Shown here: positions 1 through 7,505 of the stretch, one piece after another
How positions within the stretch are numbered: the first letter of the stretch is position 1
Layout of the letters: every line of letters begins with the position of its first letter
DNA from: Paramicrosporidium saccamoebae KSL3
Taxonomy: Eukaryota > Fungi > Cryptomycota
Length of the DNA stretch: 16,063 nt
Direction: 5' to 3'
Assembly (NCBI GenBank): GCA_002794465.1
Contig: MTSL01000041.1
Location: forward strand, 25,637 to 41,699
The notes under the pieces: model-generated
Databases searched by the model: none
What the model was told of the DNA's origin: nothing
Seen by the model: the letters and a program-made list of their open reading frames with translations, nothing else
Position numbers and translations under genes: made by a program

Positions 1-2
1 AG

Positions 3-1085
3 AACAATACTCATGCCCTCTCACTTTGCGTGTCTCCCGACCAGGAATTTTTTTGCATTTTTGGTGCTGATCGGAACATTCGCGTATTCAGGATCAAGAC
101 AGGCAAGTTGTACCGAAAATATGATGAATCCATTTCTACATATCAGAGGAAGCCTCCCGCTGAGATGGACACGGAAATTTTCAACAGCAGGATGACCCAA
201 GAAGCTGAATTGGAAGAGACGCCCTACTTTAATCTTGTAAATTGTGTATACGACGAGAGTGGAAATTTCATCTTGTTCTCCACGCCCGTCGGAGTCAAGA
301 TTTTGAATCTCGTCACTAGTAAGGTTGCTCGTATCGTTGGTGACGGTGAGGATTGTCGGTTTATTAACTTGGCACTGTGCACAGGATCCCAGTACAAGAG
401 TGGCATGACAATGGAAATGGCAGCGTCTGCTAATCCTGCATTAGAGTCATCCAATGGAGTTCTTGGCTTCCTAGTCGCAACGGCATTTCGGAAGCACCGA
501 TTCTACTTGTTCACTTTGAACCAGATTCAGGCAGCGTCTGATAGTCGTGACATTGTGAATGAGAAAATAACCCAAGACGATTCTGCCGCCAAATTGCTCA
601 AGATCAAGAAACTTCCGAACAATGCAATCATGCGCACCACTCTCGGGGACATTCATCTGCAATTATTTGGTGATCTTGTCCCCTTGGCAGTGGAGAATTT
701 CTCGGCGCTGGCAAAAACTGGTTACTATGACAATTTGTTGTTCCATCGCGTCATCAAGGGATTCATGGTGCAGACGGGTGATCCACTCGGCGACGGAACG
801 GGGGGCAATTCCATTTGGGGAAAAGAGTTTCAAGATGAATATGATCCGACCCTCCGCCACACACCCTTTACTGTCAGCATGGCAAATTCAGGCCGCAACA
901 CGAATGGATCACAGTTTTTCATCACGACCGTCGGTTGTCCCTGGTTGGACGACAAACATACAGTCTTTGGCAGGGTCACAAAGGGGCAAGACGTGGTTGT
1001 TAAGATTGAGGCTGCCGATACGGATTCCCTGGACAAGCCCCGTACCGACATAAAAATCCTCCAAATCGAGTTGCTCAATAAATAG
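3..1085 (+). CDS. PPWD1: WD40 + cyclophilin-type peptidyl-prolyl isomerase (PPWD1/Cyp15-like), 5'-truncated by the window edge
   Basis: Frame is open from base 3 (NNTHALSLCVSPDQEFF...). It carries PPWD1-like WD-region motifs (DRNIRVF..TGKL.R.YDES, N..YDESGNFILF) and a C-terminal cyclophilin domain (FHRVIKGFMVQTGDPLGDGTGG, SMANSGRNTNGSQFFITT, WLDDKHTVFGRV). Stop TAG at 1083-1085. Confidence 0.93.
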   Translation, partial: NNTHALSLCVSPDQEFFCIFGADRNIRVFRIKTGKLYRKYDESISTYQRKPPAEMDTEIFNSRMTQEAELEETPYFNLVNCVYDESGNFILFSTPVGVKILNLVTSKVARIVGDGEDCRFINLALCTGSQYKSGMTMEMAASANPALESSNGVLGFLVATAFRKHRFYLFTLNQIQAASDSRDIVNEKITQDDSAAKLLKIKKLPNNAIMRTTLGDIHLQLFGDLVPLAVENFSALAKTGYYDNLLFHRVIKGFMVQTGDPLGDGTGGNSIWGKEFQDEYDPTLRHTPFTVSMANSGRNTNGSQFFITTVGCPWLDDKHTVFGRVTKGQDVVVKIEAADTDSLDKPRTDIKILQIELLNK

Positions 1086-1198
1086 GGGTATTTGCATAGT
1101 CTGGGGAAAAGTGTCAATTGCTTCGTAAAAAAGGCGGAACTCTGGTTAAATCCCTGGAGCCCCGGCCCATTGTACACGGTACATTGTAGACCACGCTC

Positions 1199-1414
1199 AT
1201 GGGTGTCTTGGCCAGAGTAAAGGACGCCGTCATGCGAAGAAACTCGTACTACATTGCCTCTATATTCGCGGGGGCTTTTGTGGCAGAGATTGTTGTGGAC
1301 AGCGGGATTAATGCCTTGTGGGATTGGAATAATCGCGGAGTAGGTCGTCGGATGGGTGGTCTGATGGTTTAGAAATTGTGGAAGGATATTGAATACAAAT
1401 ATGCTAATGTATAA
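1199..1414 (+). CDS. QCR9: Cytochrome b-c1 complex subunit 9 (QCR9/UQCR10), 60 aa; exons 1199-1339 and 1373-1414
   Basis: Manual translation with a 33-nt intron removed gives MGVLARVKDAVMRRNSYYIASIFAGAFVAEIVVDSGINALWDWNNRG|KLWKDIEYKYANV. This matches the Qcr9 pattern RN....IFAGAF....D.....W...N.GKLWKD. AATAAA at 1435-1440. Confidence 0.9.
1340..1372 (+). other. Spliceosomal micro-intron (33 nt) in QCR9
   Basis: GTAGGT...CTGAT...TTTAG; removal restores the conserved GKLWKD motif. Confidence 0.85.
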
Positions 1415-1466
1415 TATCTGCTGTGCGGACGATTAATAAAGGCCTTCCGCCGTCCTGGTCCTGGGT

Positions 1467-2162
1467 ATGGTTTCCGGGTTGGTTATAGTTTTCACCGTCC
1501 TGCTGGCCGGAATCATAGCTGCGCTGCTGTTAAAGACGCGGCGCATCCCTACCGGTGACACGACAATAATTTGCGGCCCAGCCGGCTCTGGAAAGACCCA
1601 ACTATTCCTAAAGCTAGTCGGAGGCCAGGCGGTATCAACAGTGAACTCGGCTGCGTGTAATTCTGGGACCACGAGTCATGGGAAAAAGATTGTTGACGTG
1701 CCGGGCAGTGCAAAGCTGCGTGGGAACTTGTTCGACGAGACCTTTCCCACTGCAAGGTGCGTTATCCTGTTGCTGAATGGCACCGAACTGGAGACGCTGC
1801 ATAACGACATTGGCTTCATCCTCCATGTAGTCTCTAAATGCATGAGCAGGAAATGTCCAATTCTACTGCTAGTTGGCAAGGATGACTTGGCCGGTGAGAT
1901 GGCACTTGTAAAGGCGACGAGCTCCTTGGACAGTGAACTGCAGCGCCTCACAAAGCAGTACGCTGAATCTGATACAGACGTCGATAGCGATGATCCTACT
2001 CGGGCTGATATTTTATACATTTTAAAGCAACTCGATCTGGAAGACGATCCCACGCTACTCTCTACTGCTGCCATTGCTTCGCGTTTTAATCTCCACAGTC
2101 TGACACACAACAAGTCAAATTCTGTTGAGCGAATCGTCCATTGGATGGACAATAAAGTCTAA
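1467..2162 (+). CDS. SRPRB: Signal recognition particle receptor beta subunit (SRPRB/Srp102-like GTPase)
   Basis: N-terminal transmembrane anchor (LVIVFTVLLAGIIAALLL), P-loop GPAGSGKT, G3 motif DVPG and G4-like GKDD. 231 aa, the typical SR-beta layout. Confidence 0.8.
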   Translation: MVSGLVIVFTVLLAGIIAALLLKTRRIPTGDTTIICGPAGSGKTQLFLKLVGGQAVSTVNSAACNSGTTSHGKKIVDVPGSAKLRGNLFDETFPTARCVILLLNGTELETLHNDIGFILHVVSKCMSRKCPILLLVGKDDLAGEMALVKATSSLDSELQRLTKQYAESDTDVDSDDPTRADILYILKQLDLEDDPTLLSTAAIASRFNLHSLTHNKSNSVERIVHWMDNKV

Positions 2163-2184
2163 ATTTATTTCGTTTCCTTTTTGG

Positions 2185-4379
2185 ATGCAGGGATGCCGAG
2201 CGGCGCGATTTTTCAGCACATTCCGGAGAGAAAGCAGTGCATTCGTTTCAAGTATTCGTGGCAAGAATAGGCCATGGGAGAGTGCTGGCACATTTAAAAC
2301 GGGCTCCGAGTCTCATCGATTCGAAAGGAGTGCTGAACTGAGCAAATCCGCTGAGACCGCCCACAAGGAAAATTCACCAAAAACCAGTGGGACATCTAGA
2401 TGGCGCCAAAAAAAGAGTTTTGAACAAAAGCCATTTGCAAAATCTGAAACGAGAGTATATGGCCAGGGTAAACAGTGGGAAAATGGTACTGGGAAAAAGA
2501 ATTATGGCCCTGGAGAGGACTTTGAAAGAGATCGATTCAACAAATCCGCCCTCAAGGATCGGAAAAAGATATCTGCGGATTCAAGACCACTAGTTGGAGA
2601 CCCGAAGAGGCGGACCAGGGACACGGACAGGTCGGGTTTGAGTACTCGGGTCAGTGACAGATCAGGCCCGACGAGTCGAACCAATGACGGACACGGCATG
2701 TCCAACTTGAGGAATCGGATCAATAGCAAATCTGGCATGTCAAATTCGAGTATTCGGGTCAATAGCGAACCTGTTATGTCAAACTCGAGAAACCGGGTCA
2801 GTGGCGCGCCTGGCATGTCAAACTTGAGAAACCGGGCCAGTGGTGAACCCGGTAAATCACCGTTACGCGCTCGGCCCGACTATGAATCAAATCCCAACAT
2901 AGACTCTAAGAACCGACGCAGTCGTGAGGTTTCTCATAGTAAGAATCATGGGGATTACAAGGGCTACAGGTCTGATAAATCGGGCAAATTTAAAAGATTC
3001 AGTCGACAAAGGCCATTTTCGCCTGGTGACCGACAGGAAAAAAGTATGAGACACACACAGTTATTTTCCAGAGTGCCAACAAAATTCCAACTCAACAAGA
3101 GTACCAATATGGCGCTGATGGATTACACCCGAAGCGGTGCTTGGACGGATCTGTCGCTTTCGCCGACCTTGATTGAGGGATTATCGGCAATGAAGTTGGC
3201 TGCCCCTAATCCGATGCAACTGACCATAGTTCCCGAGTTGCTAAAGGAAAAGAGCAAAGTGCTTTGTGCCTCAGAGACGGGGTCTGGCAAGACTTTGGCT
3301 TATTTGATTCCGTTGATCGAGAAATTAAAAGCCGAGGAATTGAACGATCCTGGTATGCGAGTCGCAGCTTCGCCTCGAGCCATTGTCTTGGTACCTAGCA
3401 ATGAGCTCGTCAATCAGGTGTACCGGGTTGCCAAGCTCCTCAGCCATCATGTCAAATTCCGTGTGGAACGCATGTCTGGCGCCGAGGACATGGAGAAGCG
3501 GAGACGCTCTGGTGCCGGGAGTGTGGATATGATTATTGCAAATCCTGCCCAGCTTTTATTTGCACACCAAGATGGCTTGCTGCACTTGGATCGGGTCAGC
3601 CATATATCCATTGATGAGGGCGACACTCTCCTTTCTGACGATTTTGGCCAGCAGATCAAAGAACTGCTTGCCCTGTTCCATCCTGAATTAAAGACTGTGG
3701 CCGTATGCTCCGCCACTATTCCCATCTCTCTTACAACACTTTTGCGGGACTTGTTCCCATCCATAGTGAGACTGGGCTCACCCAAGCTGCACATGGCATC
3801 AGATCGGGTTGATATGCGGTTCATTGATGTGCAGCGTCCCGGCAATGCCAAACTGCGTACCATTTTACATTGAGTACTGATCTTGTGTAGAGGCGTGTGA
3901 GGAGTTGTTGGCCAAAAACCCAGAAAAACGGACTTTGATCTTTTGCAATACTGCAGCCCATGCGAGTAGGATCCAGCGGATAATGTCTGAAAATCACAAT
4001 TTGGTGGATCTCTTGAACTCGGTTCCATCATTGTTACATGGATCAATACCCGAGAGACAACGACAAAGCGTCCTTGAAAGGTTCCAGACTGGTGACATTA
4101 AGCATTTGGTCTGCACCGATCTTGCCTCTCGTGGTCTTGACACTACTCTGGTACCATAAAACTCCAACTCATTATCCGTAGGTGACTCATGTGATCATGT
4201 ATGATTTCCCACGAAATACGGTAGATTTCATCCACCGTGCTGGACGTACGGGACGACTATTGGGAACCCGAGGGACAGTCAGCTGTCTCATCTCCCAACG
4301 GGATGAAGATTTGGCTCGTGCCATCAAACAGGCGATCAAGTCGCAAACCTCTCTCACCTCGGCAAAGTCGGTTAAATAA
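2185..4379 (+). CDS. DEAD-box RNA helicase, probably mitochondrial Mrh4/DDX28-like, about 709 aa; exons 2185-3856, 3891-4150, 4182-4379
   Basis: Q motif (PNPMQ), motif I (SETGSGKT), Ia (VLVPSNEL), II (DEGD), III (SAT), IV (LIFCN), V (TDLASRGLD) and VI (HRAGRTGR). Two introns join the three ORF-track pieces in frame. The Arg/Ser/Phe-rich, acid-poor N-terminus (MQGCRAARFFSTFRR) resembles a mitochondrial presequence. Confidence 0.85.
2695..2850 (+). repeat. Four in-frame 39-bp (13-aa) tandem repeats, consensus GMSN(L/S)RNRVxxxP, in the helicase N-terminal extension
   Basis: Units start at 2695, 2734, 2773 and 2812: GMSNLRNRINSKS, GMSNSSIRVNSEP, VMSNSRNRVSGAP, GMSNLRNRASGEP. Confidence 0.9.
3857..3890 (+). 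other. Micro-intron 1 (34 nt) of the helicase
   Basis: GTACCA...CTGAT...TGTAG. It contains the in-frame TGA at 3871, and removal gives continuous GNAKLQACEELLAKNP. Confidence 0.8.
4151..4181 (+). other. Micro-intron 2 (31 nt) of the helicase
   Basis: GTACCA...CTCAT...CGTAG; removal gives RGLDTTL|VTHVIMYDFP, the normal motif V continuation. Confidence 0.85.
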
Positions 4380-4386
4380 ATTTATT
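4375..4386. terminator. Back-to-back poly(A) signals AATAAA|TTTATT forming a perfect 12-bp palindrome between convergent genes
   Basis: AATAAA at 4375-4380 overlaps the helicase stop. The minus-strand AATAAA at 4386-4381 lies about 100 nt past the stop of the CBM gene. Confidence 0.6.
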
Positions 4387-4520
4387 GTCTGTCGAGAAGG
4401 GGCACATTCTTTGCACTATTGTCCGTCGGGAGGAGCACATTGTTACCATTATTATTATTGCCCGTCGGGGAGGAGCACACTCTTCACATTATTGTCGGTC
4501 GGGGAGGAGAACATTGTTAA
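4382..4520. repeat. Four diverged 34/39-bp tandem units arranged as two about 73-bp dimers; the rightmost unit encodes the C-terminus and stop of the CBM gene
   Basis: TATTG[TC]nnGTCG..GAGGAGCACA-like cores start at 4383, 4417, 4456 and 4490. Confidence 0.85.
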
Positions 4521-4917
4521 CATTTCCTGTGACGTCCGTTTCGCTGCAGAAATCTAGCGAACATCGCCAAACGCCATCCACCACAAACTTGAAATACCAC
4601 GTCTGGCCAGCATCCAAATTGACTGTGGAACGGAACACGCCCGTGTGGTCTTTGGTCATCAGAATGCTCTGCGACCATTCATCAAAGGTGCCCGTCAGTA
4701 TCACCTTGTTTCCACCATACTTCCAGATAAACTCATGCGGCGTCACATTCCTCATGCTGTTGGGGGCAATGGAGGGCGCTGGGGGTGTGGGGAGGACAGC
4801 AGCCATCTTATCGGTGTGCAGGGGCGCTGGCGGAGTTCGGGTCCTGGAACGGCCTCGTCGCGGCGTCTCAGTCGTAGCTGCTGGCTTGCCTCGGAAGCGA
4901 CTGAGAAGGGTCCCCAT
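4489..4917 (-). CDS. Stand-alone AMPK-beta-type glycogen/carbohydrate-binding module (CBM48-like; Crp1/Mdg1-like N-domain) with an N-myristoylation motif, 142 aa
   Basis: F.WKYGGNKVILTGTFDEW...YFKFVVDGVW...GNVNN is the AMPK1_CBM signature. It starts MGTLLS (MGxxxS). No C-terminal alpha/gamma-binding domain follows. Confidence 0.8.
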   Translation of the reverse strand: MGTLLSRFRGKPAATTETPRRGRSRTRTPPAPLHTDKMAAVLPTPPAPSIAPNSMRNVTPHEFIWKYGGNKVILTGTFDEWSQSILMTKDHTGVFRSTVNLDAGQTWYFKFVVDGVWRCSLDFCSETDVTGNVNNVLLPDRQ

Positions 4918-5019
4918 CTATTGACTTTGACACCTTCCCCTTCCGGAATATTACAAATTGCAACTTTAATTGTGATTGTGCAAGTTAGTATAATAGAGGA
5001 GCCATAAAAGAGTGTAGTG

Positions 5020-5098
5020 GCGGGTCCAAAGGGTTTGAGATTGAGCGTGGCCCCAAAGGGTACGAGATTGAGTGTGGCTCCAAAAAGATTGGAATCGA
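5020..5098. repeat. Three diverged, about 27-bp tandem units
   Basis: gcgggtccaaagggtttgagattga / gcgtggccccaaagggtacgagattga / gtgtggctccaaaaagattggaatcga. Confidence 0.7.
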
Positions 5099-5123
5099 GT
5101 ATAAACCCCCCCCCCATTCTATA

Positions 5124-6167
5124 TTAAGGATAGTCATCCAACTCGGATGACGTCCATTTGACAAACATGTCCACGCCAGTATCGACAAACTGGTACATGG
5201 ACAATAGAAACTCATAAAGTCCGTATGTGAGTGGTAACGGGACAATGTACAAGGGCCAAGTGCCGCCAAACATGTACAGGAGGACTGTGCAAAGCAAAAT
5301 TAGCATGGCAGTCATGCAGGAAAACTGACTTCCATCCCGCAATAGAGAAATGACGGCGAGGAAGGAGAGGGCTGCCGGCCAGAGATCCAAAAGTCCCTTG
5401 TCCAGAACCTTGTTGACCCATCTGGAATTCGCCAGGCCATTGGTAGTGCGACTGCGGAGCCAACTCCAGAAATCCAGATACTCTAATCGTACTCTTTCCT
5501 TCTTCTCTTGATTCGTTGTTCGGGTCGGAGTTGGTGGCATTGGGGGCGGTGTAGCCACTATTCTGATCGTATCAGGCCGTCGCTCCACCGTCTTTGTTGC
5601 CCATCGTCCCCTTGTCTCAATAGTCACAAATGTGCCATCCATCGCCATAAGTGTGGCTTCTTGAGTTGGATTTGTCATTCCCATCGAATCAAGGGGTGGG
5701 AAATAGGCCGGTATGAATAGCGTCATTAATAGAACGCTGATGACAAAGGTGCCCAACGTCATCCACGCAGTAAAGAACAGTACACTCAGCCGGTTTGACA
5801 ACAGCATGCTCAAAATGGTTCTGCGGAAATGATATGGTGTGAAGCATTGCTCGCACTGGTAGAACGAGTCCCGTCGCGGACTTTTGCTTCTCCAAATGCG
5901 GAGACAGCGTCGATGCACCCAGGCCATAGACCCGCTGCATCGGCACGGAGACACAAAACCATCATTTGGGACTTCCTCCTCTCTCTCCTGTCCTCCCAGC
6001 AAATGTGTCAGCTGCTCAGCAAGTGTTTGATGCGGCGGCTCCTTTCCACGCAACGGCCGCGTATCAGTAATAGGCACCTGCTCACTTTGGAAGCAAATAC
6101 GGCACTTTTTCTGGATCGTGTCGGCCGGCGAGATGGGCCGCCGGCTGACGGCAGTAGCAACGGACAT
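5124..6167 (-). CDS. Membrane-bound RING-CH (C4HC3, MARCH-type) E3 ubiquitin ligase, 347 aa
   Basis: CRIC...SPCRCSGSMAWVHRRCL..W...CEQC, with C-x-C-x7-H-x2-C spacing, followed by several hydrophobic segments. Confidence 0.85.
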   Translation of the reverse strand: MSVATAVSRRPISPADTIQKKCRICFQSEQVPITDTRPLRGKEPPHQTLAEQLTHLLGGQEREEEVPNDGFVSPCRCSGSMAWVHRRCLRIWRSKSPRRDSFYQCEQCFTPYHFRRTILSMLLSNRLSVLFFTAWMTLGTFVISVLLMTLFIPAYFPPLDSMGMTNPTQEATLMAMDGTFVTIETRGRWATKTVERRPDTIRIVATPPPMPPTPTRTTNQEKKERVRLEYLDFWSWLRSRTTNGLANSRWVNKVLDKGLLDLWPAALSFLAVISLLRDGSQFSCMTAMLILLCTVLLYMFGGTWPLYIVPLPLTYGLYEFLLSMYQFVDTGVDMFVKWTSSELDDYP

Positions 6168-6337
6168 TTCTTGTGTTGTTTAGCCCCTAGCGGCCTGTGT
6201 ATCCGGATGAGAATGACCGTTGGTCCGTTTCGTACTGCACCACTGTTTACCCAACGACGACTCAATTTGATTGGAGGACGATCCCAACTCTGAACCAATC
6301 AGCGCTATTTGATTTCCCGAGATTTACAATAGACTCC

Positions 6338-6373
6338 TTATGAGTGGATTTATGAGTGGATTTATAGGTGGAC
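6338..6373. repeat. 12-bp tandem repeat TTATGAGTGGAT x2 plus a degenerate third copy
   Basis: Directly visible; it lies upstream of the RING-CH gene. Confidence 0.8.
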
Positions 6374-6403
6374 TGTAGGATAGTCATCAAGGTTATAAGC
6401 GGA

Positions 6404-6645
6404 TATTGCTTAACAGAGTCTTTTAGTGCGCGAGAAAAAGGGTTTATTAAGAGCGCCATTGTAGACCACCGTCCTCATGTGGGATAGCTATCATCATTAT
6501 CAATCATAGGCGGGTGTTGCTTAACAGAGTCTTTTAGTGTACGAGAAGATGTATGTCTGTATTAAAGGCTCCATTATAGACCATCACCCTCGTATAAAGT
6601 AGCTGTCATGATTATTGGTCGTACGCAGTATTGTTTAGCAGAATA
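6404..6645. repeat. Diverged tandem duplication with a period of about 111-114 bp (two copies plus the start of a third)
   Basis: TTGCTTAACAGAGTCTTTTAGTG is identical at 6406 and 6517. CCATT[GA]TAGACCA occurs in both copies, and a partial third copy TTGTTTAGCAGAAT starts at 6631. Confidence 0.85.
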
Positions 6646-6717
6646 CCCAACTCCAGGGACATGTGATGTGCTCTTCGCAATCCTTTATTTTTGCTCCCTT
6701 GTTATGGGAATATTCAC

Positions 6718-7347
6718 TCACAACTGATCACTTTTTAAGAGTCTATCCATAGTCTGACGCAGTCTGTGCAGTATCTTGTTGGAGAAACAGTGCATTCTCT
6801 CATAGCAGGCCGGGACACTGTCTAATGCAGGCCGTGCATCAATATGGAAACTGGCGCCATCTCCGCCTCCCGAATAAAAATCAATCACATATCGCACCTC
6901 CTTTCCTTCTCGCTCCACATACCAGTCGTGTCGATCAAAGGGCCGTGTGTATCCTAGAAGCCACGTCCTAAACCATGCCCTCGGCGAGAGTTGGTCCGGC
7001 CGGCCCAGAAACCGACTCAACTTGGGGTCGGCGTTGGGATGGTAATAACGCTCCCAACAGAGTATCTTTTGCCATGTCTGTTCATTGACCATATTGTGAA
7101 TAGTCACAATAACCTCCATGTCCTCTGCCTGTGGGGTGTGGCCTTTTCGGCGGAGTGCATTAAAGAACATTTGCGGCGACGGGTAGAGCCAGGTGGCCGA
7201 GGCGTCCGCCCGCGGAATGCTCGAGCCTATTCTGGCCGAGGACATTCCCTCAACTAAACGGTCCAAGTCAGTGGGCATCTGATTCCGTTCGTCAATTGGG
7301 ACGGCACATGCATGGCCCGCCGAAGATGAATCTCGTGGACAGGACAT
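6718..7347 (-). CDS. HCCS: Holocytochrome c synthase (cytochrome c/c1 heme lyase), about 209 aa
   Basis: N-terminal CP heme motif (MSCP), W.YPSPQMFFNALRRKG, IHN.VNE..W..IL.WE, PFDRHDW and VRYVIDFY. First ATG is 7347 (the ORF track start is TTG). Minus-strand AATAAA at 6684-6689. Whether it is Cyc3- or Cyt2-type cannot be resolved. Confidence 0.92.
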   Translation of the reverse strand: MSCPRDSSSAGHACAVPIDERNQMPTDLDRLVEGMSSARIGSSIPRADASATWLYPSPQMFFNALRRKGHTPQAEDMEVIVTIHNMVNEQTWQKILCWERYYHPNADPKLSRFLGRPDQLSPRAWFRTWLLGYTRPFDRHDWYVEREGKEVRYVIDFYSGGGDGASFHIDARPALDSVPACYERMHCFSNKILHRLRQTMDRLLKSDQL

Positions 7348-7505
7348 TGCCGTCCCCGGTTTATTTAGATGCAATATTGAAGGTCATGCCGCGCTATATG
7401 TAGTTCTATTGTATATGAGATAATCATGTTTTATTTGGGTCCACAATAGTTCCTCTACAAAAGAAGCCATCCTTAAGGAATCCACGACCCTGGCCAATCA
7501 GAACA

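Noticed and set aside
1182-1194. 13-nt match CATTGTAGACCAC shared with 6457-6469
   Set aside because: A match of this length is expected by chance on the order of once in a 16-kb self-comparison, and it does not extend convincingly.
1676-2152. Long antisense or alternate-frame ORFs (e.g. 1676-2152, 3447-4046, 4385-4924, 5829-6293, 10282-10723, 10958-11557)
   Set aside because: They overlap well-supported genes, show no recognisable motifs, and are explained as shadows of coding or repeat sequence.
4752-5117. 121-aa minus-strand ORF with FGATLNL repeats
   Set aside because: It is produced by the 27-bp repeat, overlaps the CBM gene start out of frame, and has no domain evidence.
5128-5138. 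GGATAGTCATC shared between the RING-CH C-terminus and about 6379-6389
   Set aside because: An 11-nt identity is within chance expectation, and the flanks are not homologous.
6262-6459. 65-aa minus-strand ORF containing STHK repeats
   Set aside because: It derives from the 12-bp and 111-bp repeats, and the equivalent frame is broken in the neighbouring repeat copy.
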